Assembly (NCBI GenBank): GCA_051251855.1
Contig: JBPOGI010000005.1
Location: 96,001-160,000 of the forward strand
DNA: 64,000 nt
Direction of reading: 5' to 3'
DNA from: Roseibacillus sp.
Lineage (GTDB): Bacteria > Verrucomicrobiota > Verrucomicrobiia > Verrucomicrobiales > Akkermansiaceae
Position 1 is the first letter of the stretch, and every line of letters begins with the position of its first letter. The position numbers and the translations under genes were made by a program. The notes beneath the pieces were generated by a model. It ran no database searches, had not been told where the DNA came from, and was given only the letters and a program-made list of their open reading frames with translations. Below, in pieces: positions 1 to 9,719 of this stretch.

Positions 1-776
1 AAACGGTTAGGACCGGTGGCTCAGTGACGACAGGCACATCATCATCAAGGATGGTGAGAGTGATGGCACTTTGGGAGAGAATGAGGTCCGTGGAATTGGC
101 CATGGCGAAAGTGAAGGTTTCTTCATCTTCAGCGCTCGAATCATCGAGTAAAGTGACGAGAAGAGTTCGGCTGGTTTCGCCCGCTTCGAATTCAACAAAG
201 CCACCGTTCCAATAAACGAAGTCTTCTCCCGCAACTGCGGTTCCATCTTCAAGCTCGAAGTAGAAGTTCTCCGTTCCGGTAGCAGGTTTGGAGAGCGTCA
301 AGTTGACGGCAAGTCCGTTAGCGCTTTCGCTTGTCGGGTCAGCAGAAACGGTTAGGACCGGTGGCTCAGTGACGACAGGCACATCATCATCAAGGATGGT
401 GAGAGTGATGGCACTTTGGGAGAGAATGAGGTCCGTGGAATTGGCCATGGCGAAAGTGAAGGTTTCTTCATCTTCAGCGCTCGAATCATCGAGTAAAGTG
501 ACGAGAAGAGTTCGGCTGGTTTCGCCCGCTTCGAATTCAACAAAGCCACCGTTCCAATAAACGAAGTCTTCTCCCGCAACTGCGGTTCCATCTTCAAGCT
601 CGAAGTAGAAGTTCTCCGTTCCGGTAGCAGGTTTGGAGAGCGTCAAGTTGACGGCAAGTCCGTTAGCGCTTTCGCTTGTCGGGTCAGCAGAAACGGTTAG
701 GACCGGTGGCTCAGTGACGACAGGCACATCATCATCAAGGATGGTGAGAGTGGTGGCACTTTGGGAGAGAATGAGG
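1..776. repeat. 345-bp near-identical tandem repeat (about 2.2 copies visible), each encoding one Calx-beta domain
   Basis: aaacggttaggaccggtggc starts at 1, 346 and 691; shadow ORFs at 7/352 and 288/633 recur with a 345-bp period. Confidence 0.95.
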
Positions 777-3265
777 TTGGTTGAGCTTGTAATGTCAAAG
801 CTAAAGGTCTCGTCCTCTTCGGAAATAGAATCGTTTAGGACCGTCAAGAGAATCGATTGGCTGGTCTCGCCGGGAGCAAATTCGAAGAAGCCATTATTTA
901 GAGCAATGAAGTCTTCTCCCGCAACAGCCGTTCCATCTTGAAGCTCGAAGTTGAAGCTCTCATTTCCGGTCGCTGGTTCGGATAGAGTGAGGTTTACGAC
1001 GAGTCCGATGAAGTTCTCGTTAATAGGATCTGCGCTCACGGACAGGACTGCCGGCTCGGGGGCAACGGGTTCGTCGTCATCAAAAATGGTGAGAGTGATC
1101 TCGCTTTGCGCGAGAGTGAGACCGCTTGGGTTTGTGATGGCAAAGGTGAAGGTTTCGTCTTCTTCCGCAATAGAATCATCTAAGACGGTGAGGAGAATCG
1201 ATTGGCTGGTCTCGCCGGGAGCAAATTCGAAGAAGCCATTCTCCCAGAAAATGAAGTCTTCTCCAGCAACGGCAGTTCCATCTTGCAGTTCGAAGTTGAA
1301 GCTCTCACCTCCGATTGCAGGCGAAGAAAGACTGAGGTTCACGACGAGTCCGATGAAGCCTTCATCAATAGGTTCTGCCGAAGTGGTAAGGGTAATGTCG
1401 ATAGGACTATTGGTAGGAGTCGCCTCAAAGACACTGCTGGGGAGATTGGCAGAGTTAATGAGATTGGCTGCGGTTGGGTTTTGAGCCCATGCGTATCGAA
1501 CAGCTGTAGGTGAAGTCATCCCAGGAACAGAAACAACAACGCTTTCGCCAATGATGCTGGCGTTGGCCGAAACCCAATCGCCCTCTTCTTCACGAAGTTC
1601 GAATCCACCCAGAGGCCCCCCCCCTCGGGTCGCAAGGCCGCTGCTGAAATCGAATTCGACCACGACGGAAGATCCTTGTATGAAGGACTCGGAATAAGCA
1701 GGACCAGAAGTGAGGAGTGAATCGAGACCATACTCGTTCGCGAGAGGCCAGAGCACGAGGCGCTCGGCGAAGTCAGATTTATTGATGGGATGGATGTCTT
1801 CGGGGTCGCCAATGTCATTTCCGACCACCATCCCGCTGTTAGGAATGGTAGCAGAGGCGAGACGCATTGCATTTTGAACTTCGACCCAACGCGTCCGTGC
1901 TTCGGACACAAAGTTGGGTAGCTGCACAAAGTAGAAGGGGAGTTCTTCGCCCCAGCGTTCGCGCCAGTCTTCTGCGAGCGCTTCTAACAATGGCTGGTAG
2001 TTCTGGCTAGCAAAGTCGAAGGTGTTGGCTTCTCCCTGATACCACAGGATACCACGCATACCGTAGCCGACCATGGGGGCGACCATGCCGTTGTAGATTT
2101 GACCGCCGAGGTTGGCAGCAACGTTGGGGTCGTCTTCCTCGAAGACAGGCTCGGGTCCGACGGGGTTTTCGTTCCAAGCCGCAAGAGCAGCTTCAAAGTC
2201 CGCAAGGGCTTGTGCGTAGATGCCGTAAAAGAAGTCACGAGTCTCTAACAACTCGATTCCTTCAGGAAAGGTTGCGAGCTTTTCTTCAGAGATAAAACCC
2301 TGAATGGGTTGGCCTCCCCAAGCACACTCCATAATGGCGACGGGGACTCCGAGCTCTTCACGCAGCCGCTTGCCGTAGTAGTAGGCAAGTGCCGAGAAGT
2401 CTGAGGTTTCACCTGGGACAGCGGCGAGCCAATTTCCGCTAACGAGATCCTGCCGAGAGCCTCGTGCTGTTTCTGTAGGGACGAAAATCTTCAAGAGGGG
2501 ATCATTGGAAGTTGCACTCGCATTGTCGTTCTCAGGAGAGGGAAGGAAGTTTAGAGGGAAGTCCATATTTGACTGCCCCGCGCCCATCCACACTTCTCCA
2601 ACGAGGACTCCGCTGATGGTTTCTGTGATGCCATCGCTGGAGATGACTAGGTCCCGTCCGACTGAACTGGCGGCGAGATTTTCAAGAGAGACCTCGAAGC
2701 GGCCGTTGGAATCAGCCACAGTTTGATAAGTTTCCCCAGCGAACTGGACCGTTACAGTGCTACTAGGAACAACGTAGCCAAAAACGGGAGCTCCCTTCTC
2801 ACGCTGTAAAACCATTCCATCTGAAAAGAACGAGGAAAGTCTAATCGCCGAAGCATCATCATTGAGAATAGTGTGAAAAGAAACCGCGTTCGCTAATGTC
2901 AGCCCGGTTGCGTCGTAGGCTGTGATTTGGATCGTTTCATCCGCTTCTGCGATTTCATCATCGATCATCGTGATGATGAAGCTTTCGCTCGTGGTGCCTG
3001 CCGCAAAGTCGATGATTCCACCGTTGAAGGGAATGAAGTCTGCGCTCGTTGCGGTTCCCTCCTCAATGTCGAAGAAAATCCGCTCGCCTCCCTCAGCGGG
3101 TGAGGAGAGAGTGAAGTCTACGGTGAGCCCAATGAGGCCTTCGTTGGTGGGAGTAGAGCTTACCGTGAGCGATGGCAACGAACCGTCTTGTCCCATGAGC
3201 GGACTCATGAGTGATAGCAGTGCGCAAAGAGTCAGGGGAATTATCGAGGGGGTGAACCTTTTCAT
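1..3265 (-). CDS. Secreted sialate O-acetylesterase-like (SGNH) protein with Calx-beta repeats; 3' end runs off the window
   Basis: Absent from the ORF track; translated manually from ATG 3265. Signal peptide MKRFTPSIIPLTLCALLSLMSPLMG, one Calx-beta, then FSDGMVLQRE, GEVWMGAGQSNM, WYQGEAN, DIHPINK and VRYAW, then several Calx-beta units (DGTAVAGEDF...DD...E.ETF...TILDDD). Confidence 0.85.
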   Translation of the reverse strand, partial: MKRFTPSIIPLTLCALLSLMSPLMGQDGSLPSLTVSSTPTNEGLIGLTVDFTLSSPAEGGERIFFDIEEGTATSADFIPFNGGIIDFAAGTTSESFIITMIDDEIAEADETIQITAYDATGLTLANAVSFHTILNDDASAIRLSSFFSDGMVLQREKGAPVFGYVVPSSTVTVQFAGETYQTVADSNGRFEVSLENLAASSVGRDLVISSDGITETISGVLVGEVWMGAGQSNMDFPLNFLPSPENDNASATSNDPLLKIFVPTETARGSRQDLVSGNWLAAVPGETSDFSALAYYYGKRLREELGVPVAIMECAWGGQPIQGFISEEKLATFPEGIELLETRDFFYGIYAQALADFEAALAAWNENPVGPEPVFEEDDPNVAANLGGQIYNGMVAPMVGYGMRGILWYQGEANTFDFASQNYQPLLEALAEDWRERWGEELPFYFVQLPNFVSEARTRWVEVQNAMRLASATIPNSGMVVGNDIGDPEDIHPINKSDFAERLVLWPLANEYGLDSLLTSGPAYSESFIQGSSVVVEFDFSSGLATRGGGPLGGFELREEEGDWVSANASIIGESVVVSVPGMTSPTAVRYAWAQNPTAANLINSANLPSSVFEATPTNSPIDITLTTSAEPIDEGFIGLVVNLSLSSPAIGGESFNFELQDGTAVAGEDFIFWENGFFEFAPGETSQSILLTVLDDSIAEEDETFTFAITNPSGLTLAQSEITLTIFDDDEPVAPEPAVLSVSADPINENFIGLVVNLTLSEPATGNESFNFELQDGTAVAGEDFIALNNGFFEFAPGETSQSILLTVLNDSISEEDETFSFDITSSTNLILSQSATTLTILDDDVPVVTEPPVLTVSADPTSESANGLAVNLTLSKPATGTENFYFELEDGTAVAGEDFVYWNGGFVEFEAGETSRTLLVTLLDDSSAEDEETFTFAMANSTDLILSQSAITLTILDDDVPVVTEPPVLTVSADPTSESANGLAVNLTLSKPATGTENFYFELEDGTAVAGEDFVYWNGGFVEFEAGETSRTLLVTLLDDSSAEDEETFTFAMANSTDLILSQSAITLTILDDDVPVVTEPPVLTV

Positions 3266-3784
3266 GAACGCCGAGACTGTTGATTGTTTTTAAAATTTTA
3301 GGCTAGATTTATATTTTTTAATTAATTTCCGGCGAAATACCTTAACTAAGTATTATTGGAATCCCTTTAATGGTAATGGGTAGAGCTGTTTCAGATGTCT
3401 TGGTATTTCGTATGGTTTTGAAGGGTTAACTTTTAGTTTTCCTGATATTTTGCGCAGAAAATACTAAAGATTAATTGAAGGTAAGGAGTGGTATTTTACG
3501 CGTTTTTCACTAAATAATATCGTCGGAGTTCGTTCTTAAGCGAGACTACGGTAGCAGAAATTCTGCGCTCTCTTTCAGCTTCTCGGTTTGCATTGGGCAG
3601 CACTTGGTCGAGGCGGTGTGAAGCTTGCTTTAACGACGCTGGTGTCCTGACTAGACTAGGGGCGGGGTGGTCATAGAAGGTGCGTTTGAGCCCAGATCAG
3701 TAAGTCCCCAAAGTTACCGCCAAGCCCTCCGAGCTTTTTTCTGCTATCGAATCGCTTTTTATTCTCCAGTGACCAGCCCTCGCG

Positions 3785-6700
3785 CTACAGGTTTTCTTGA
3801 ACGAAGAGACGGAAGAAGTTTCGCGGTGCGCTGCCTGGTGCGTTGTTGATGAGGAAGGTGTGACGGGGGATGCCATCTGAGTCGTTCGTAGTTTCTAAGA
3901 AAGACACCTCAGAGCTCACGTTACTCCAGCTTCCGGAAGTGAGGTCGGGGGAAACCTGCAGGATCAGCTGAGCATCGACGGCATCAGGATCTTCTCGATA
4001 ACTGAGTGCCGAAGAGATGGTGCCGTTGATGTTGACCTGAGTGATACAGAAGAGCTCTCCATGGGAAGGGATATCGTCAGACAGTCCTGCGGCGTATTCA
4101 AGAATAGCCACATATCCGTCGCCGTCATCATCCGCCAAGGGGTCTCCGGTGAAACGTAAACCATCATCAGCCCCAGGACTTCCTCCAACTGCAGAACTGG
4201 CTAACCAGCTCGTGGACAATGTGGGATCGAGGTCGGACTGGGGATCGAGGCGAACCAAGGAAAAGCCGTCACCATCGGCAGACTCAGGCCAAGGAACGTT
4301 GTCGTCGTATCGGAAGCTATCGATGATGCTGCCGTTCATGTCGACGAGGGTAATCCACTCGCCGCTGTTACTCAATGCGCCCGAGTAGGTTCCCGCAATG
4401 GCAACGCTAGGGTATCTCGCGGCGAAGGCGGCGCTATTTTCAACAATGACCAATCGTTCGCCAGGAGCGATGAGAGTTCCGGGTGGGAAAGTAAATTCGA
4501 TCCCTTCTAAGGCACCCTCGAAAGTGATGTTAATAAAGGCTGCGCTACCAAGGTCCGCAGTGTTGCCACTAATATTCATAATCTCGATGAACTCGAAATC
4601 ATTCTTATCAAAGGTGGGGTCAATCGCTAATTCGGCGGAGGTTGGGTCGGAGGGATGATAATGAACTTCGCTGATCACGATGTCCATCGAGCTGGCAGGT
4701 AGGGTGGTTGAGAAGAAGGCTTCATTGAGAGCGCTCCAAGTATCGTTGACACTGTCGTAGGTGCGGGACTTGATCCAGACAGGGCCGGTAATGGTATCAG
4801 GAATGGTCAGCGAGACCGTGTTGCCGGAACCGGGAGGATTACCGATGAGCTCAAGGTTAAAACTCAAGTCAGAGCTTCCGTCATTCCCTTGGTGCATTTC
4901 AACCGCGATGGTGTTGTTTCCCGCTGCGAAGCTAGAAGTTGGAATGCTCAGATTGTCGATGGCGTTGTTTCCAACGGTGTTACCGGAGTAGAAGTCGAAG
5001 GCTGGATCGACTGGTAAATTGTTATGTCGGGCCACCTCTACTCCATTAACGTAGACCACGTAAGCATCGTCGAAGGTGATGTTGAGTTCGAATTCACCGA
5101 ATTGGGAGGGGTTCGGAATGTTGACTGTTTTTCTGAAGTAAGTGGTGGCGTATTTAGCAGTGGGATCGGGCCCAAAAGATAGGGTCGTCGCCTCATCTCC
5201 GTCACCATAACCGAGTTCGGCCGGTCCAGTCATCCAGCTGCTATCGTCGAACGCGGAGGCTCTCCAAGTAGTTCCTTGATTGCTCCCGTCATCCAGATAG
5301 GCCCAGTTATCTCCGTTATTGATGTATGTCGTGGCAGTCACGCCACCGCCTCCACCCGAGATGTTGAGGACGGATGCCGCCGAGTTAAAACCGCCACCGA
5401 TAAGGCGAGGATCTAGATCGTCACTCCAATCGCTGGAATCCAAGTCTCCGGATCCGATCATGTAGTAAAGCTGAGTGCCGTTGGTTGGAACGATGGCATC
5501 AATTGTGGAGCCGGAGCTCACCACCCCTCCGTGTTGGGAGTAGAAGGGAGCATCCAAATCGGGGTAGAGGTTTGCGATGCGAAGATGTCCGAGAAAGACG
5601 TCGCTCCGAGTATCAATCACATTACTCAGACTATTGACGGCGCTGTCCCAATTTTCTGCGTCAAAAGGATCGGTTCGTTGCGCGTCTCCCCAACGAGCAG
5701 ACTCAGCTATGATCACGTCGGCAACGGTGGATCGCCTCGCGTTCATGTGTTCGAGAACACTCGTTTGAGTCAGGAGCCCTGCATTAAAGAGAGCCTTGTG
5801 AGCACGGTCCGCAAATTTCATACGATATTCCTCCGTCCCTTCAGCGAGGTCGAAGTGAATATAAGCGGGGTTACTTTTATTGTATACATCTCGACTTCCC
5901 GATCCGTTGGTGGTGTTCATGCGGTCGTTGGCTCCGTTCCATCCACCCCCAGCTCCCATGCTGTGCTCACCATCGTGAACGAAGAATTGAAACCCGAAGC
6001 CATCGCGCACTCGGTCCCGAATGCCATACCAGTTGTTAGAGGCTTGGACAAAGTTAGAGACGGGAGCGTCGTAGTTGCCAGTATAGCCAATCACCATTTG
6101 GTAATCGATGAGGTTATCGACATCGAGGTAGACCGGTAGGGCAGGATTGCGAGAGCCATCAGGATTGAGGCCCTGCATTTCCATAAAGCGGGCGATGGTT
6201 GGGGAGGACTGTTGGGTGCGTGCAAGACTCCAGAGGTTGTTCCAGTCGCTTCCGGAAGCAAAGCTGCCATCAGTGGCTTCGGTGTCGTAGCCGCCGCTAC
6301 TACCGGCGGATTTGATGGTGTCGTAGTCCTCAGTGTTACCGCCGAGATAAGCAGCCCCGTGATTGGCTTCGGCTCGCTCTTGGGTCATGTAGAGTCCCCA
6401 ATAAATTCCGTTGAGATAGAGGTGATAGTAGCGGCTGCGCGTGTAAGGATGTCCAAAGGAGCCTTGTAGGTCGCGGCCGAGAACTTCTCGCAAGAAGGTG
6501 TTGCTTCCGTTGTTTTGGAAGGCCCAAGAATAGTTTTGAGAGGTCCTGAGATCGACTTTGTCGAATTCATCCACTCCTTCTGAACCGAAGAGAGGGTAGT
6601 TGAGTTTGGAGTCGCCGTATTCACCTCGAAAGAAAAGGCGGAAGGCGTGTTTTGGGTTGCTAGTGGAGCGGCTGAAGCCTCCTCGCACTCGAAGTCCACA

Positions 6701-8812
6701 ATTGCTTTGCACGTTGGCTGTCGTGCCATCGGGATGAATGATTTCAAAGGAAGCCTTTCTCTCCCAGCTTCGGCCACGTCCGCTAGGATTGACGTAAATC
6801 CCTTGGGAGCCCGACCCGGTGAGGTCTTCTTGATCGATGCTGATAGATACCGAGGGAATGGCAGAGAGCGCATCCGTCATTTCTAGTGGGGTGTAGCGGG
6901 TGGTGATGTCGGGGTCCATTCCGTAGTCGAAGACTTGGCCGTTCACTGAGGAAGAAGGCCAACCGGTAGGAGCTGCACCATCAGGAAATTGAGTGCGAAT
7001 ATCTTCCAGGAAGAAGTAGGTGTGGGTATCGACATTGGTTTCGACGAAATCTGTTTTGAACGCGGCAGCACGAATCGTGGTGGTAGCAGAAATATTAACA
7101 GGACCGGTGTAGTCCAATCCGTTGGTAATCGTCGGTTCTGAGCCGTCAGTGGTGTATCGGATTTGAGCGTCGGTAGTGGCCGATGAAATCGTGAGGTTGA
7201 AAGGACTGGTGAAGAACCCTCGATCAATATCAAAAGTAGTGTCTTCGACAAATCCCTGTAGCACGGCACCATTGGTAGAGTTGGGAGTAGGGATTGCGAG
7301 ATATCCCAGCGTGAGCCCGTCAGCGGCGAGGCCATAAGAGAAGCCCTCTTCTTGTGAGGGGTAGTCGGGTGTAAATTCTGCAGTAATAGAAAAGCCGCCG
7401 CTTCCGTCGTTTCGAGTGAGGGCAAGATACTCGCCTCCCGCTGACAGGTTGAAGTTGGTATGGAGCTCGCTATTGGCAGTGGCGCGATTCTTAGAGGATG
7501 CAAAAACCACTAAGTAAGTGTCGGGCTGCATGATAACCGCCGGGAAAGACCACTTGTTCAGGAGGAGTTCATCATCGGTGAGGTAGAATGTGGAGAGGTC
7601 TGCGGCGTTGGGGCCGGGGTTGTAGATTTCGATCCAGTCTGAGCTATCACCGTCTTCGTCTAACAAACCATCGTTTGAGTTGTCTGCTACGAACTCATTG
7701 ATGCGAGGGGTGGAGGGGTCAACGTCTACGAAAAGGGTGGTGCTTCTGAGAGTAGTGCCATCAACATTAGTGGCGCTGATAGTGTAGAAGGTGCTGACGG
7801 TGGGGGTGACCGAGATACTTCCGGCTCCACTCACGTCAGTCTGTGTGAGCACACTTCCGACTCCGTTGTCGATACTGACAGCGGAGAAGGGAGGCTCTAT
7901 TTGCCAAGAGAGTATGGCGCTGGCGCCTGAGGTGATAAAGATAGGATTGCTATCAAAGGTCGTAATTGAGGGGCCAGTGGAAACATCGACCCCGCTGCCA
8001 TCACTACCGAGAAGAACGAAGGTGCCAGAGCCTGAATCATTCGCTTGGTAGGTCCAAGTGTTAGGGCCGATACTCACCGAGCCAGCCTGATCGTGAGCAT
8101 CGAGAATTTGAATCGCCTCAGACATGGGATAGTCATAGTTGATGCCGAAATTGTAAATGGCTTGAGCTTGTTGCTCGCTGAGGGCGTCGCCAAAGAGGGC
8201 GACGTCGTCAATTCCGCCTATCCATTCTCTGCCGGTAGCCTGCGGATTTTCTCCCAGAAGAAGAGGAAGACCAGAGTCGGATAAACTAGGTGCGACACCA
8301 GTAGCGACGAGAACTCCATCGACATAAAGTGCGGTGTTCTCTCCAGCTGCAGAGATGGCTAGGATATGGTGCCAGTTGTCATCATTGACTGCTCCACCGG
8401 AAATATCTCCTGATCCCCCGGCATAGGCGATCTGATTGGCGTCATTTGCCCGCCGAGCAATGCGGTATTGCGGGCCATCTCCCTTGGAAATGAGAGCCTG
8501 CCAACTTCGATCCCAGTCGCCCACTTTGCACCAGACTGAGAGCGTGATACTGCCCCCCGTATGAGCGACGTCATCACTGCTAGGAATAGAAACGTAGCTG
8601 TTACCGCTCAGTGACAGAGCGGAGCCAAATTGGGAATCGGTAGCGCTATAGCTGCTCGTTCCAACCCAAGTCCCGTTGTCATTGGTGGTCCCCGAAGGAG
8701 CAGTATCTAAAGTGTTATTATCAAGGTTCCAGTAACCTAGAAGATCATCGGAGGGAGCTGCGGCCGCTAAAGTGGAGAGGATGAGGCCGTAGAAAATAAT
8801 CTGCTTCAACAT
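3785..8812 (-). CDS. Secreted LamG + lamin-tail + Fn3-associated + CotH kinase-like multidomain protein
   Basis: 1675 aa; signal peptide; LamG (WHHI, GGIDDVALF); lamin-tail domains (PRINEFVADN..DWIEIYN; IVISEVHYHP..EFIEIMN); IRYTTDGSEP; CotH-like (RVRGGFSR, LYLNGIYWGLY, NNWY). Confidence 0.85.
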   Translation of the reverse strand: MLKQIIFYGLILSTLAAAAPSDDLLGYWNLDNNTLDTAPSGTTNDNGTWVGTSSYSATDSQFGSALSLSGNSYVSIPSSDDVAHTGGSITLSVWCKVGDWDRSWQALISKGDGPQYRIARRANDANQIAYAGGSGDISGGAVNDDNWHHILAISAAGENTALYVDGVLVATGVAPSLSDSGLPLLLGENPQATGREWIGGIDDVALFGDALSEQQAQAIYNFGINYDYPMSEAIQILDAHDQAGSVSIGPNTWTYQANDSGSGTFVLLGSDGSGVDVSTGPSITTFDSNPIFITSGASAILSWQIEPPFSAVSIDNGVGSVLTQTDVSGAGSISVTPTVSTFYTISATNVDGTTLRSTTLFVDVDPSTPRINEFVADNSNDGLLDEDGDSSDWIEIYNPGPNAADLSTFYLTDDELLLNKWSFPAVIMQPDTYLVVFASSKNRATANSELHTNFNLSAGGEYLALTRNDGSGGFSITAEFTPDYPSQEEGFSYGLAADGLTLGYLAIPTPNSTNGAVLQGFVEDTTFDIDRGFFTSPFNLTISSATTDAQIRYTTDGSEPTITNGLDYTGPVNISATTTIRAAAFKTDFVETNVDTHTYFFLEDIRTQFPDGAAPTGWPSSSVNGQVFDYGMDPDITTRYTPLEMTDALSAIPSVSISIDQEDLTGSGSQGIYVNPSGRGRSWERKASFEIIHPDGTTANVQSNCGLRVRGGFSRSTSNPKHAFRLFFRGEYGDSKLNYPLFGSEGVDEFDKVDLRTSQNYSWAFQNNGSNTFLREVLGRDLQGSFGHPYTRSRYYHLYLNGIYWGLYMTQERAEANHGAAYLGGNTEDYDTIKSAGSSGGYDTEATDGSFASGSDWNNLWSLARTQQSSPTIARFMEMQGLNPDGSRNPALPVYLDVDNLIDYQMVIGYTGNYDAPVSNFVQASNNWYGIRDRVRDGFGFQFFVHDGEHSMGAGGGWNGANDRMNTTNGSGSRDVYNKSNPAYIHFDLAEGTEEYRMKFADRAHKALFNAGLLTQTSVLEHMNARRSTVADVIIAESARWGDAQRTDPFDAENWDSAVNSLSNVIDTRSDVFLGHLRIANLYPDLDAPFYSQHGGVVSSGSTIDAIVPTNGTQLYYMIGSGDLDSSDWSDDLDPRLIGGGFNSAASVLNISGGGGGVTATTYINNGDNWAYLDDGSNQGTTWRASAFDDSSWMTGPAELGYGDGDEATTLSFGPDPTAKYATTYFRKTVNIPNPSQFGEFELNITFDDAYVVYVNGVEVARHNNLPVDPAFDFYSGNTVGNNAIDNLSIPTSSFAAGNNTIAVEMHQGNDGSSDLSFNLELIGNPPGSGNTVSLTIPDTITGPVWIKSRTYDSVNDTWSALNEAFFSTTLPASSMDIVISEVHYHPSDPTSAELAIDPTFDKNDFEFIEIMNISGNTADLGSAAFINITFEGALEGIEFTFPPGTLIAPGERLVIVENSAAFAARYPSVAIAGTYSGALSNSGEWITLVDMNGSIIDSFRYDDNVPWPESADGDGFSLVRLDPQSDLDPTLSTSWLASSAVGGSPGADDGLRFTGDPLADDDGDGYVAILEYAAGLSDDIPSHGELFCITQVNINGTISSALSYREDPDAVDAQLILQVSPDLTSGSWSNVSSEVSFLETTNDSDGIPRHTFLINNAPGSAPRNFFRLFVQENL

Positions 8813-9035
8813 GGGCCGACCAGCCTAGCTGAAAAGAACTCTGTAAAGCGATAGCAAAGTTCACGGTCCGTTACCCAAGAGATTTTCAAAATTCAAACAA
8901 TTTGGACTAACAGAGTAGGATTTACTTGGGACTGTTCTCAGTGGCGACGAAGATGCTGTCCCTGATAAGTCAGCTTTGCCGCTTTGTTGACGATTTTTGC
9001 ATAGAAAGAAGTGTTTTTAATTGAGGGTAGAGATT

Positions 9036-9719
9036 CTAGCTCTTGCTGAGCACGTCGATTAAATATCGAAACTCCTCATCGGTTGAGACCTTGGAGGAGG
9101 TCGTTGATTCGATTTCGCTTCTTACTTTTTCGCGGAACTTCTGTCTGATGCGGTGGATGGCGACTTTCAAGGCGTTGTCGCTCATCCCAAGCTCGGCGGC
9201 CGCCGTTCCTCTGGGGGTGGTGGGATTGCCATCAAGCCAAGCCCGTAGGATTCGAAATTGAACCCCTTTGCCTGCAGCTGTCATCTCCTGTTCTAAGACC
9301 TCATGTGCCCGGTGAATCAATGCATGTGCCCAATCACGATCAAAGTCAGTTTGGTCGCGATCTTCGGCCTCCAAGACATCCAGCAGTTCGACATGTTCAT
9401 TGCCACCCCCGCGTTTGGCGGCCATTGCGTGCGCATGTTCGTGGGATAGAAAGTGCTTCACGGCACCGAGAAGGTAGGAGCGAAATCGACCGCGTTCCGG
9501 ATCAGGAGAACCGAGGCTTTCCCGGTTCAATAGTCCTTCAAAGAATGAGTGGGTTAAATCACGGGCTCGCTCCTTGTTGTTCACTCTATGAAGAACGAAA
9601 AGGTGTACGGGTTCATAGTAAATCTCACAAAGTTCCGATAGCGCTCGGCCCCCCTCGTCCGAACGCAGGCCTGCGCGCTGTACCAGGGTCCAGCGAGTAG
9701 AATGAAAGGAGGAGCTCAT
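9036..9719 (-). CDS. ECF RNA polymerase sigma factor (Ser/Thr kinase-associated type)
   Basis: FHSTRWTLV N-terminus, RGRFRSYL in sigma2, AAELGMSDNALKVAIHRIRQKFR in sigma4; 4-bp overlap with the kinase stop. Confidence 0.85.
   Translation of the reverse strand: MSSSFHSTRWTLVQRAGLRSDEGGRALSELCEIYYEPVHLFVLHRVNNKERARDLTHSFFEGLLNRESLGSPDPERGRFRSYLLGAVKHFLSHEHAHAMAAKRGGGNEHVELLDVLEAEDRDQTDFDRDWAHALIHRAHEVLEQEMTAAGKGVQFRILRAWLDGNPTTPRGTAAAELGMSDNALKVAIHRIRQKFREKVRSEIESTTSSKVSTDEEFRYLIDVLSKS

Noticed and set aside
7..3293. Short ORFs listed in the track for 1-3.3 kb
   Set aside because: All are shadows of one long minus-strand CDS that lacks a stop within the window
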